Position numbers and translations under genes: made by a program. Below the pieces are notes generated by a model. It had not been told where the DNA came from, did no database searches, and worked only from the letters and a program-made list of their open reading frames with translations. From Ministeria vibrans ATCC 50519 (Eukaryota; Protista; Filasterea), in the NCBI GenBank assembly GCA_943704425.1, contig CALSCP010000894.1:1-64000 (forward strand): a DNA stretch of 64,000 bases, given 5' to 3'. Positions 50,101-62,600 of this stretch are shown in pieces (positions within the stretch are counted from its first letter, which is position 1; each line of letters opens with the position of its first letter).

Positions 50101-53100
50101 ATGAGTGTGCGTCACTGCCCTGTTTGAATGGCGCAACGTGTACGGACGCATCCAATGCGTATACATGCCAGTGTGTCAGTGGGTTTGATGGAGCACAATG
50201 CGCAAACAACATTGATGAGTGTGTTTCGCAGCCTTGCTTGAATGGCGGAAGCTGTGTGGATGCAGTGAATGGGTTTACGTGTGTGTGTGTGTTAGGTTGG
50301 ACAGGAACAAACTGTGCCGTGGGCATTGATGAGTGTGCATCGTCGCCCTGTGCCAACGCGGGCACGTGTGTCGACCACATTGGCAGATTTACCTGTGTGT
50401 GTGCTGCCGGGGAGACGGGCGCAACGTGTCTCGAAGACGTGGATGAGTGTGCGTCGTCTCCGTGTGCCAACGGCGGAAGCTGTGCGGAATCTGAAAAGGG
50501 ATCGTTTACATGCGTGTGTGCCAGTGGTTTCTTTGGTCTCACGTGTGCCAGCAATACCGACGAATGTGCGTCGTCACCGTGCCGCAATGGAGGATTATGT
50601 GTGGACGGGGCGAATGGCTACACGTGTGCGTGTACGTCCGGCTGGACCGGTAGCATCTGTTCGACCAACGTCAACGAGTGTAACTCTTCTCCCTGTGCCA
50701 ACGGTGGAACGTGTACCGACACGGCAGGTTCGTTTGCGTGTGCGTGTCCCGTAGCATTCACTGGCATCACGTGCACGCTAATAAACGACGAGTGTGCGTC
50801 AACACCGTGTCTCAACGGCGGCACTTGCGTCTCGGGCCTGAGTTCGTTTGGGTGCGTGTGCGCAAGTGGCTTCGCGGGAACAGTGTGTTCTGTCAACACT
50901 GACGAGTGTGCCTCCATGCCATGTCTCAACGGTGCCACGTGTCTTGACGGTGTCGCCGGGTTCACTTGTGCGTGTGCCACTGGCTTTGACGGTTTGCTTT
51001 GTGCCAATGATATTGACGAAGTAAACATGCAAGGAACAAACCTTACGTTTGAAAAAACAATGCTCATTCTTTTTTTTTTACTAGTGTGCTTCAACACCTT
51101 GTCAGAATGGCGGCTCTTGCTCCACGCCAAGTGTGGGCGTGTTTAGCTGTACGTGTGCAACAGGCTTTACTGGAGCCACTTGTGTGAATGATCTCAATGA
51201 GGTATGAACAATAATAATAAGAAAAATGGAACCCGCCTCCAAACCTTAAAAAAAAACACCGAAAATTAGTTTTTATTTAAATATTGTTATTTTTAACATC
51301 ATAATTTTTTAGTGTCTGTCTTTGCCGTGTCTCAATGGCGGCTCGTGCGTGACACCGTCGCTGGGGGTGTTCACATGTGTGTGCGCGAGTGGGTACACAG
51401 GTGCACAGTGTGCAGTGGACATTTCGGAGTGTGCGTCGTCACCGTGTCAGAATGGAGGAGTGTGCAGCGAGCCGAGTGTAGGAGTGTATGCGTGTGCGTG
51501 TGCAAGTGGGTTTACGGGAGCACAGTGTACGGTGAACATTGTGGAGTGTGCGTCGTCACCATGCCTAAATGGGGGAGTGTGCAGTGAGCCAGGTGTGGGA
51601 GTGTATACGTGTGCGTGTGAGAGTGGCTTCACAGGCGAGACGTGTGCGAGCAATGTTGATGAGTGTGCGTCGTCGCCTTGTGGACATGGTGGTACGTGTA
51701 CAGATGCTGTCGGGGCATGGTCATGCGCGTGTGCGACAGGCTACACTGGTGTTGCGTGCGAGACGAATCTCGACGACTGCTTTACATTACCATGCTCCAA
51801 TGGTGGCACTTGTGTTGACGGAGTGACTTCTTTTGTGTGCGCGTGTGCGCCGGGCTACACCGGAACACTGTGCAGCATTGACGTCGATGAGGTAGCAACG
51901 ATGATGAATTTTATCATTATTATTATGTTGTATGTGTATTGACTTTTGTGTATGTCTGTGTTTTTTATTCTTCTTTTTATTGTTTTTTTCTGTTTGTTTA
52001 GTGCGCATCGAATCCATGTTTGAATGGGGCAGTGTGCATGGAAAGTCAAGTGGCTGGGTTCTTTGAGTGTGTGTGCACAACGGGAACGTTTGGCCCGACG
52101 TGTGCAACGAAAAGCGTGGTGTGTAGCGAGCCGACGGTACGCTACAATACGGTGACACCGGGCAGCGCGATCACATTCACAGAGGACTATGGCAATGGCG
52201 TGATACTAACAGTGACCATTCCGTCGGGTGCGATTACGGGTGGAGGAGCGCCCTTTGTGATGTCGAGTGTGTACCTTGCGCCATCGTGTGCCAATCTTGA
52301 CCAAGTGCCCAACGGCCTTCCGACGCTGTCACCGCTGTTTGAGTTGCAGCCAAGTATGACCTTTGCCGTGCCGGTGACGCTGGCGCTGCAGCCAGTGTCG
52401 GTAACGAGCGAGACAAACGTGACAATGTTGATCACAAGCAACACGACGACGGGTCCGTGGGAGCCGGCAGACAACGTTGTGGTGGACGTGGGAGCCCAGC
52501 GGGTGTCGGGCCAGGTGACGCACTTTTCGACGGTGGGCGTGTTCTCGACGACAGTCGGCGGAACGAACACGGGTGGACAGAGCAGTGGGGGTAGCAAGGG
52601 CTGGATTGCCGCGGTGGTCATAGGTGTGCTTTTGCTCATTGTGGTGTTGGTGATTCTCATGGCGATGTACCGGCGACGGCACAAGGAAAAAAAGCCACTG
52701 GACCACGGACTGGACCAGGTGGAGATGTATGGGTACCGGGGAAGCATCAGCCACTCTGCGGGTCTGGCGGGCGGTGCGGGCATAGAAGCGAGTCGAGCGC
52801 GCCATCAGAGCACACGCAAACTGCCACCGGCACCTGCGGGTGGGCTGCCGGGGGCTGGAGGACCGCCACCTGAGCCGACGCTGACGCCTGCGGAACTGCG
52901 CCAGCAGACGATGGACCGACTGTTTGTGGACCAGGACCTGGTGTACCGTGAGGCGGCTACCAGTCCTCTGGGCTCGATTCCTTCGACAAACGACTTGGAG
53001 ATGCGCGAGGGCGGTGAGGGTGTCGCTGCTAGTGCCCATCGAGCGCCCAGTCGCGAAGGCACTCTGAGCACACGAGAGGACGCGAGTCTCTATGAGTTTG

Positions 53101-53354
53101 AGCGACTGCGCACCAGCACAAGTCACTCGATGCGCTCAGTGCCCGACGACCGCGCGAAGCTAATGAGCGCCGGCGGCATGTCTATGGCGACCCACGACAT
53201 GCTTAACTACTCGACAACATCTGCTGCAGGTCCCATGGACATGAGTGAGCTGGAATCGGGCGATGAGATGCGCTACGCAGCCGATCGCGAGCGATCAAGG
53301 CGTCCCTCGCTGAATCTCGGCCAGAATGTGTCTTATACCGAGGATTATGTCTAA
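38173..53354 (+). CDS. Giant type I membrane protein (~4797 aa): signal peptide, amidoligase-like domain, RDRR site, ~81 EGF/cbEGF modules, ZU5-like HFS domain, TM helix, cytoplasmic tail
   Basis: Exons 38173-38218, 38472-47383, 47502-48431, 48564-51020, 51085-51201, 51313-51891, 52002-53354; all GT-AG and phase-consistent, 14394 nt total. Spliced N-terminus [23 protein letters not shown] repeats D(I/V)DEC.S.PC.NGG.C...[31 protein letters not shown] followed by RRRHK. Confidence 0.9.
38504..39370 (+). other. Amidoligase_2-like (COOH-NH2 ligase, glutamine-synthetase/GCS fold) domain
   Basis: Ordered motifs [34 protein letters not shown] and GTIEFR parallel the family pattern FGVEIE / ELVSP / CGLHVHV / RY / GTIEFR. 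Confidence 0.82.
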
Positions 53355-53675
53355 AAAAAAAGAGAGAGACGGAAAGAGAGAAAAAAAAAGAAAGATGGGG
53401 AGAGAGAGAGAGGGCGAAGTGATGTATCGATTGGATAGAGGAAAGGAAAAATATTATAATACATGAATTTATTATTCTTTGAACACATTACACTGGTCAC
53501 TAGACACTAAGGAGATGATTAAAATATCATTACGAGCGAACCTTATAAAATAATAATAATAATTATTATTATATTAATAATAATTTATTTGATACCATTC
53601 CTATAATGATTAATGAATCTTACAATTTTAATTCTACTTTCGCTTCGACACACTCTCCCCATTTTCTCCCCAGCA

Positions 53676-56600
53676 ATGGTCAACCGGATTGCTGAAGCGT
53701 GTCGCCTACTCAATAGCTCGCGACAGGCTGAGCGCAAGGTGTGTGTGTGAGTGTGTGTGTGTGTGAGAGAGAGACGACAAAACACGTTTCGCTCTCGAAC
53801 GCGCTATTGCGACCATCCGCGAGTGCAGAGCATGGCAAGCGGGGTGCAGCCATTGAGATCGCCCTCCTCTAGGACGCTCCCGTTCCTCCCCATCCACTTG
53901 TGTGTTTTCGCTCTTGTGTGTTTTGTGTTTTCGCGCCGTTTTATCGCGTTGGATTCAACTGAGCTTCTCCTCTCCGTTCCTCCCGCTATTTCCGCTTCGT
54001 AGAAGGGCTACAAGGAACTGGGAGACGCTCTTAAGTCCGAGGCTGATCGGTGCACGCTCTTCGAAAACACTCTGGAGCTGCTCAGCGAGAGTCGCGTCCG
54101 AAACACGCCGCGCGTCTCCTGGATCACCGTGGTCGACGCCACGATCAGGTACGATGCAGATGCGCACAACAAGATCCTCTCCGCCAAAGATGCGCTGGGA
54201 GCACGCAAGGTTCGCTGACAACTCCCCAATTTGAAGTGTCGTCCTGTCTTGTTTATGCGTCTGTCTCTCTTCTCTTTGCTGCTGTAGACGGCCGCCGAAG
54301 CCGGCAAACTCTTGATGGACGCGCTGGACAGGCTTATGAAGGCGGATCCGGTGGGTGTGCGCCTTCTGTGTGCGCGCTTTGGGCGAAGCGATTCGCGGTC
54401 GCTTCTGGTCGATGTTCTCGTGCATATCAGCGAAATGCTTCGCACACCAACTCTGCACCAATCTTGTGTGGGCAGCTACTGCGACATTATTAAGTTGTTT
54501 ATGACGAATCGCGTGTGTGCATCTCAAAACCTACTGACAGATGCGGAGCCGACACGCGCTGGCAAGACAAAGCCTGCGCCTCTCACAGTTACGTCGCTCA
54601 CCCTCGACTTGACGCTTAGTCTTCAGAAGAGATTTTGCCATATTCAGAAGTCAGAAATGTCATCAGTATCGTCTATGCCCGACGATGGTGTCTTTGTATT
54701 GCCGCGCATTGCGTCTGCCCTGCTTGCGCTTGTCCTCTCCGACAGCGTCAACCTCGAGCCTCTCACCGTCGACCTGCTCGACTTTGTGTGTGGGGCACTT
54801 GAAACGCGTAGTTCGACACAGTGTCGCGGGGCACTTGAAACGCCTAGTTTGACACAGTGTCGCGGGTACCTCGTCCAAGTTGCGGCGCATCTTGTACGCA
54901 CCGCAGGTCTCGCGCATGTGTCATCGCTCGTATCTTTTGTCCGCGACATTCTCCCGCATCTGTTGCACATCTTGTCGCAACGCAAACCCGCTGGACACAC
55001 TGAGGCTGTTCAGTTGCTGCGCGCTCTCATGGCCCTTGACTGGCCCCACGACAACGCACCGCTCTTTAGTGTTCCTCAGCTCGTGAGCCTTCGCGACGTC
55101 CTCTTCAAGTACATCGCCGGTGCCAAGGCGCAAAATTTACCCGGCGACGCCAACTACGCCAACGACAACCTCAAAGCCACCGTGTTCCAGTACCCTCGCT
55201 TTGTGTTTGCCGATCTCACCGCTCATGTCATTCAACGTCTTGCCGTGCACGAGCAGCAGCAATGTCTGCCCCAACGGGATGCAGACATGGACATGGGTGG
55301 CACCGACGAGACGGGCGACCTGGGTGGTTCCGCGTTTCAGAGGGCGCGCACTGCCTCTCCCGCATCCACCTGGTCGTCTCTCTTGGGCGGTATCAATTCG
55401 GAAAATGACGCACCGCTCGTACTCTGGCTGCAGACTGCGATCGCCTACCTCGATCATCGTGTGGTGCGGGTGTCTTCCTTCGCTCACACAATCGCGCATC
55501 TCCATTTGAAGCTACTCGAGGAGCTCAAAGCGCGTCTTGAGCGCACTCTCAACGCCGACGTCTCCGCTTGGCTCTTGCGTGCTCTCACGGCGTTTGCATC
55601 GTCTGGCGCCGCTTCAGGTGTCGCGAACAGTCCTCATGCTAGCGCTTTTGCGCTGCTGTGGCGCCAAGTGTGGCGAGCGGTTGTGTCTCGCTTGCGTATC
55701 ACTCCGGCCAACTCACAAAGCGTTCCCTTCTCGTGTGACCTTCTCAGACGTCTTCTTGATGAGCGCCGTGTCGATCGAGATGCGGCTGCCGACTGGCTTC
55801 GACGACCCGATGATTTTGTCAATCTCGTGCACGTCTTTTCCAACGGACGGGGCGGTCGTGTTGCGCCTGTTCTCTTGCTTTTGCGCTCCCTTTTGCAACA
55901 TCAACTCATCGGAACTCCCAACGACCTTGTGAGTGGTGCCGGTGGGGACCATCACCACTCGTGGCGTCGAGATCTGCTGGAGAAGCTTCTCGAGAGCGAC
56001 GCGACCCTCTACTTGGACAATCGCCTGTCGTATGCCTTTGAGCCCACCTCGTCGTGGCTATGTGCCGAGACCCTCATGGCGCTAGCCTATCGTGGCGCCA
56101 CCATTGCCACTGTGCCCATGCTACGCATTCCCGATACGCAGCCGGAGCCACTGCAACGCGACTGGCGCCCGTCCGAGCGTCAAATTGAACATGATCTGCG
56201 TGAACTGTCGGCGCGCGCTCGCCTCGTGGTCTTTGACGAGCCAGTCGACTGTGTCAGGCGTGTTCCCGATGCCAGAGCTGCATTTGGGTCCTCCTCGGTC
56301 GCGGCGCCCTCGTCTCAGTCGACGGACCATTCTTCCTTTGCTACCCCCTTTGTGCACGAATTTATCGTGACTTCCTCCGAGGGTGTCACCCGCTGTGCCG
56401 TTGTAACCCCACTTGATCAGCGTCTCTTTTCGCGCCTCAGCACCCTCAGTGAGATGCTTCGACGACAGCTTGAGTCAGAGAATGACATTGACGGTGGGCC
56501 CGCAAACGACTTGCCCAGCCTGGATTTAGTCCGCCAAGCGGTCTTTCTTGTGGCCGTCACATTTAAGACGCTCTTTTTGCACTCTCGTTTGCGCGTGCGT

Positions 56601-59600
56601 CAATCTCACGCGACGCTTCGCCGCAGCGCATTCCTCAACGCCGCTCAGTTGTTGCGTACGCTGGCTCGTCATTTATCGACAGGAAATGAGGCGAATCCCG
56701 CCTATCGCGTCCTTGTTGAGTGTCTTACGGACGTGGCACTGCTTCAGCACGAGCCTCACTCACTCGCATCGTGGCATTCACTGATGTATGCACGCCTCCG
56801 CTTTGACGCCAACGAAGTCTATCAGGAGTTTTTGCGTGAAGTCGCTCGGTGCGGCTACGAGACGGACGACGACGAGGAGGAGGAGGAGGAGGAGGAGGGG
56901 GAGGAGGGCACTCGAGCGGATGCGACCCCAAAGCTCACCGTGCTGAGCATGTTTGTGAAGATTCTGAAACGTTTCAGGGCGGTCGCTCGCTCCGAGTGGA
57001 CGCATCTGACCGCTCGTGGGGACTCCCTCAAGTTGCAAGTCTCCTTCTGGTTTGGTGGCAGTGCCGAGCAGGTGAGTGGTCGAGACTCGCCAGTGCGGTA
57101 TCTCGCGAGTGACAGCTTTGAGGAAGACGCGTATGTGGGCGACAGTTCGATGGGCGCTGGTGGCAGTGGTGGCGGTGGTGGTGGTGGAGGAGGAGGCAAC
57201 CACACAAGTGACAGCATGGGAGTCGCTGCGGGGAATGGCACTGCTCGCGTGGGTCGTGGGGTTCGAGGTGGTGGTGGTGATGGTGTGCACAATGAAAGCG
57301 GTGTGGACGGTCGCGACTTTGATGACGCTCAGCTCGCGCAAGTGATGCCCCTGTCTACACCAGTCACAATATTTCTGCGCAAGTTGCGACTCTTACACGC
57401 GTGGTATGGCGTCACGGACGAGGTGGGCGACACGAAAAAGCTTCGTACGAGCATCGAAGATCTCATGTTGCTGGTGTGTCATCACCGGGAGGCGTCAGAG
57501 CCCCAGCTGCTGTTTGAAGTGGCCGCCATGATCTCGCGCTGGCCCAACGCTTGTGATTTTGTGCTTGCCCGATTCAAGGCGACCGCCAAATACAAGCGAT
57601 GCGGTGTCGGTCGCTCTCTTGGCTTTCGCATGTCCGTCATGCGTCTGCTAGCGCTTACTGCGCTTTCGCTGGACGAAATGAGTGGTAATCAGTGCACCTT
57701 GCTGGAGGAGGTCCCCGAGCGTGACCGGTTGTTTGACGACAGCTCGTTTGCGAGCCTTCAAATCTTTAAAGCCCTTCAGCGTGGCCTCGCCCCTTCTTGT
57801 CACTGGAAGGTTCAGCTGGAGGCGCTGTCGGCGTGCAGTCGACTCCTTGTTGCCTATCCGCCCGCACAGGCGCAGCTTCTTGGTGCGACCGACGTGATTT
57901 TTGACTTTATGCACTCCACCTCGTTTGTTGTGCGTTTCACGGCTGTCTCCCATGGCCTTCCGACCCTGTTGGCTCTGGCCCACGAGAATGCGTCTACTCA
58001 CCACACACTCGCCCGGCTTGACGTGCTCTTTTACTTTCTCTGCGATGTCCTCCAAAATGAGTTGCTCTTTGTGCGTCGTCTGGACGGCCACATTGGCGAC
58101 AACAGTGACGATGAAATTGACGACGAGGACGACGTCGATGATGACGGCCAGGATGATGTTGACAGTGATGACAACGACGGAGACGACGATGGCAATCAAG
58201 CAGAGGCGATGGACACATTGATGAACGACAATCGACATCTCTTTGACTACAAGTTTCGCAGTGGCAAGCGCAAAGGTTGTCGTCGGCGTCGGCGGCATAG
58301 TCGTCACCTCACAACTACTTTTGCGTCGCACGCTTTTGCTCTCCGTGCGCTAGCCGAGTTTTTCAGTGCTACAGTGCACACGGGTGGGTTTCGTGGTGAC
58401 GATGTGCTTTTTTTGATGTGTCGTGAGGCGCACGACTCCCCCAGTGAAGCATCGTTGTGCAGTGCGCCGACCTCTTCTCTCGGCCATGTCTCGGCTGCGC
58501 TTGATTGGCTCGCATTGCGTGCTGGCTACTTGAATGGCGTTGATTTGGTGGTGCACAGTTTGCCGGCGCTGATGGAGCGGTGGTACACGAACACGGGTGG
58601 GATTGGTGAAGTCGAATTTCCTGCGTCGCTCGCGGGCTGCACGACTCCCGAGACGTTTGTCCAAGCACACTGCGCCGCGTTGATCACACCCATTGTGATG
58701 CGTTGCGACTGTGATCTGCTCGACAGAGTGACGCTGGCGTGCGAATTCGACTCGGTTGGGACTTTGTTGCAAGAGCACTTTGGAGTGCTTGTGGCTGCGT
58801 GGATACCGTTTCATCAGAGTGACAACGCTGTAGCCAATCGAGTGTTTGAGAAGCTTTTCATTGGGTGTATTGGCAAGCATAACTATGGTGGGCTCTTTGC
58901 TACACACATCGAGGAGATTGTGGCACGTGTGGTGTACGGTTGTATGCCGGGTCACGAAGAAGTGCGTAAGCTGGTGATGGCACCGCGGTGGACCAAGGCA
59001 CCGCAGCAGCATGATAAGCGCGGTGGTTGTTTTGTGCGCGAACCCGACTACCGAGTGGCGAGTACACGGGAAAATCTGAAACGAGCGTTGGAGAAATGTA
59101 ATGGGCTTACCGAAAAGGCTACACTGCTGCTCAAAGTGCAACAGTGTGCTCGCGATGCGCGGCGCTCCAATGATCGTATGCGTGCGTTGCAGGCGTACCG
59201 TGACTGTGTGCAGCGGATACAAAGACCCATGTCATTGTTTGTCATGAGCGATGTACTTGCGACCGCTGTGCGATTTATGGACGATCTCTGGCTGTATGAG
59301 GCTGTCTTGGATCTGCTCGAGGCGGGCTGTGATGCGTTTGTGGCGTGTCACGACGCCTTGCTCAAGCCCGAACTCATTCACCAGTGGTCCACCCTTATTG
59401 CGCTTCTCCGCGCCTACGAGCCGCCCAGTCGTGTTTTGGCTGCGATACGCATCTTTCAACAATCTCACAGTAGCGGCAGTGGCGCAAGTGACGCGCATTC
59501 CGAGTTGTTGTGCAATGCATTGGTGACTGCCTACAATCGCGATGTGGTGAACAGCGACAAAGACCTCCACGACCGACTTTTGGTGGCGTTTTATGCGGTG

Positions 59601-62600
59601 CTCCAGCACGGCGGCACCGCCTGGCTGCTTTGGCGTCGACTGAGCGGTGTTGATGTGGACGTGGACGTGCGCAGGCGCTGTGCTGAACGTGCTCATAGGA
59701 CATTGGCCACGAAAGTTACCGAGCTTGTGGACACCTTTGACATGAGTTTTGACAGTCATGTGGTGTCGGTGCTCAATTCGGATTACCTTGCGAAGCTAGA
59801 GTCGGTGTGGACCGACCTGTCGCCCAAGAGCAAGCGGCCAACGCAGCTGCGTGTGGCCGCTCTCAATGCACTGCACGAGTCGCTCATGAATCCGAGCGAA
59901 GGTGATGCGTTCAAGCTCAGTGACGACGAAGAGCACGAGGACACGGACGACGATGATGACGATGGGGAGGGGGGTGGTGAAGGGAGTGACGCGAAAAAGA
60001 AGAGGAAGAATCGAGCATCGGCGCTGGTGCGTCTCTTGTTGGATGTGGCAACGAGTCATGCAGATGTGCGTGTGCGCTCTGCTGCTGGTGAATGCCTCGG
60101 TCACATTGGGGTGCGAACAGTGGCACTCGGAGGTGATGAAGTTCTGGATGACAAAGAGTCGCTCACGGCGCCCATTGCTACCGTGCCCAAGGTGTATCAG
60201 GTGGCCCTGGACAACAGCATGAAGCAACGCAACCTGCGGCTTATCGAGGCACTCGACAGCTATGCATTTGATCGGGACATTCGCCTTGTTGAGCCGACAC
60301 TGGTGTGTCTTGCGGCGGTACAGTCACACGAACATTGGCAGGCGGTGATGAAAATCAAGAGTCCCCTCGTGACTCTGTGGCGTCGACGCTATCAGTGGAT
60401 GATGAAAAATAACGGGGGAGAAGTCTCTCCGCTTGAGCTTGACGGCCGCAGAGCTTTTACGAGCCACGACTGTCTCAATCCCAGTCTGTGGACCACAACA
60501 ACGGCAGCGACAGGCACAAGCGACGGCGACGAGACGGCGGTGTACGCCCAGTGGGTCTGCCGCTTAGCGTGCAGCATGATCTGGGGACAATGTCGTGTGG
60601 GCGATCGTGTGCTGTTGCGCCTGTTGGGTCCGTTGTGTCGCGAGAGCGCTCCATTTGCACGCACTGTGCTTCCTTGGCTGGTACACGAGCTCCTGATGAA
60701 CGCTGTGGACACTGACGAGAAGCCGCTGTGCGCACATGAAGTGCGCCAAAAGTTGACTATTTGCGTGCAGGCGCTGCTGTCCGCCGATGGTGTGCATTCA
60801 GAAATGGTTGCGACCGCCATTGACGTAATTTTGTATCTACGCACCCAACGCCGTCCTGCCTTGGGCGACAACCACAACTCCGTTGTTGGTGGCAGCTATG
60901 GCAAGAAGAAGCGAGCGGCCGCGACGGGTACGTCGTCGTCGTCGTTTGTGGATGAGACTGGATTCTACAGCATGTCGGGCTTTGATGACAACTTCTGGCT
61001 GGGCCTGGAGAAGAGTCTGGGCCGTGTGGCACGCAGTGCACACGAGACGTGCCGACGACACCACACGGCACTGATGTTGGCGGAGCTTGCGTGGTACGAG
61101 CGATTTGAGGACGCGCCCACGTCGAGTGCTGTTGCGTCCGACGAGGAGATGCTCGAGCGTCGTGAGCAACTTGAGTTGTTCTTGAGCATTTCGCAAAACT
61201 TGAGCGATCCGGATTTCTTCTATGGAGTCAATTTGGGCGATGACACACGCACGCTGTTGAACACGTATGAGCACGAGCGAAAGTGGCGATCCTCTGTGGG
61301 ACTGTACGACATGCAGTGGCGCGTGGACCGGTCGCAGTCGTCGATGGACCGTGGTGTGGCCAACATGACTGGTCTGGCGCGTTCGCTGCACCAACTGAGC
61401 CACTATGGGCTGCTCGACATGCTCTTGAGTCAGACGTCGTTGGCCGAGTCGTCGTCGTCGTCGGCGGCACTGCATGCCCTACAAGCAGAGACGTCGTGGC
61501 GTCAGACGATGTGGGAGCCACTGGAGACGGTGGACGGTTCGTTGGTGCACGACGAGACGACTTTGGGTGGTGGTGGACGACATTTGCTGTCGAACGTTGT
61601 ATCCTTTCATGAGTCACTTCGACTGGGCTTGGCCTCACTGCGCACACACAATTACGGTGTGTTCCGGGACGTGGTGGATCGAGCGCGGCTGTCGGTGGTG
61701 AGCGAGCTTGTTGCGTGCGAGCGTCAGTCGTCCAAGGCCACATGTGTGCTGTTGGGTCGGCTGCAGTGTTTGGTGGAGCTTGACGAAATGTGGGTGTATC
61801 GTGAGCAAAGTTTGGCTGCCCCAGGGGGAGGAGAAGGGGGAGGAGAAAGTGGTGGGGGTGATATGGCGTCGCTCATGGCGTTGGTGGGGCGCTGGGAGGC
61901 ACGTCTGAGAGGATTGGATGCAGCGGGAGCCGACGATGCGACACTTTTTGATGTGTTCGATGTGATTTATTCGTTGCGCACGTGCATGCTTCACGGTCTT
62001 GGTAAGGAGGGTATCAACGTGTTGCAGACACAGCTGTTGCTCTTTGCGCAGTCAGCGCGTGGCGCGGGTCGATACCATTTGGCGAGCAATTGTTTGGGGC
62101 GTCTTAAGGCGACGCTTGGCGCAGACTATGAGAAGCGCTACGGGGCGTGTGTATGGGCGCTCAAGCTTGAAGAGGCGCATCTTTTGTGGGATCAAGGGGA
62201 ACGGGCTTTTGCCAAGCGCTCGCTCAAGGCTTACTTGCAACTGTACGATCTTGGAAAAGGGTGTACTGAAGGCGATGGAGGAGGAGGAAGACGAGGAGGA
62301 GGTGAGCGACGCGGGCGCACACGCGGACGGGCTGATGATGATGATGGGTGGATTGGAGGTGGAGGCGGAGGTGGAGGTGGGGGGCCTCGTCAGCTGTCAT
62401 TGTTTCAGAGCAGTTTTGATTCTGAGCTGGAGTCGAGTGCGTTTGGTGTTGGTATTGGAGGAGGAGGAGGAGGAGGAGGAGGAGGGTATCTTCGACGAGG
62501 GCAGTCGACTGCTGGTGGTACAACTGGTGAACTGGCTGTGCCCATGACAGGATCATTTGGGGACTTTAGTGTTGACGGTGAGGATGCGGTCGTGCCCAGG

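Noticed and set aside
38173-53354. Calling the giant EGF protein Notch, Crumbs or fibrillin
   Set aside because: It has no LNR/NOD, RAM or ankyrin repeats, no laminin-G domains and no TB domains; only the EGF type is shared.
62388-62408. QLSLF in an ATM insert resembling a bacterial beta-clamp-binding motif
   Set aside because: A five-residue match in a eukaryotic nuclear protein is most likely chance.
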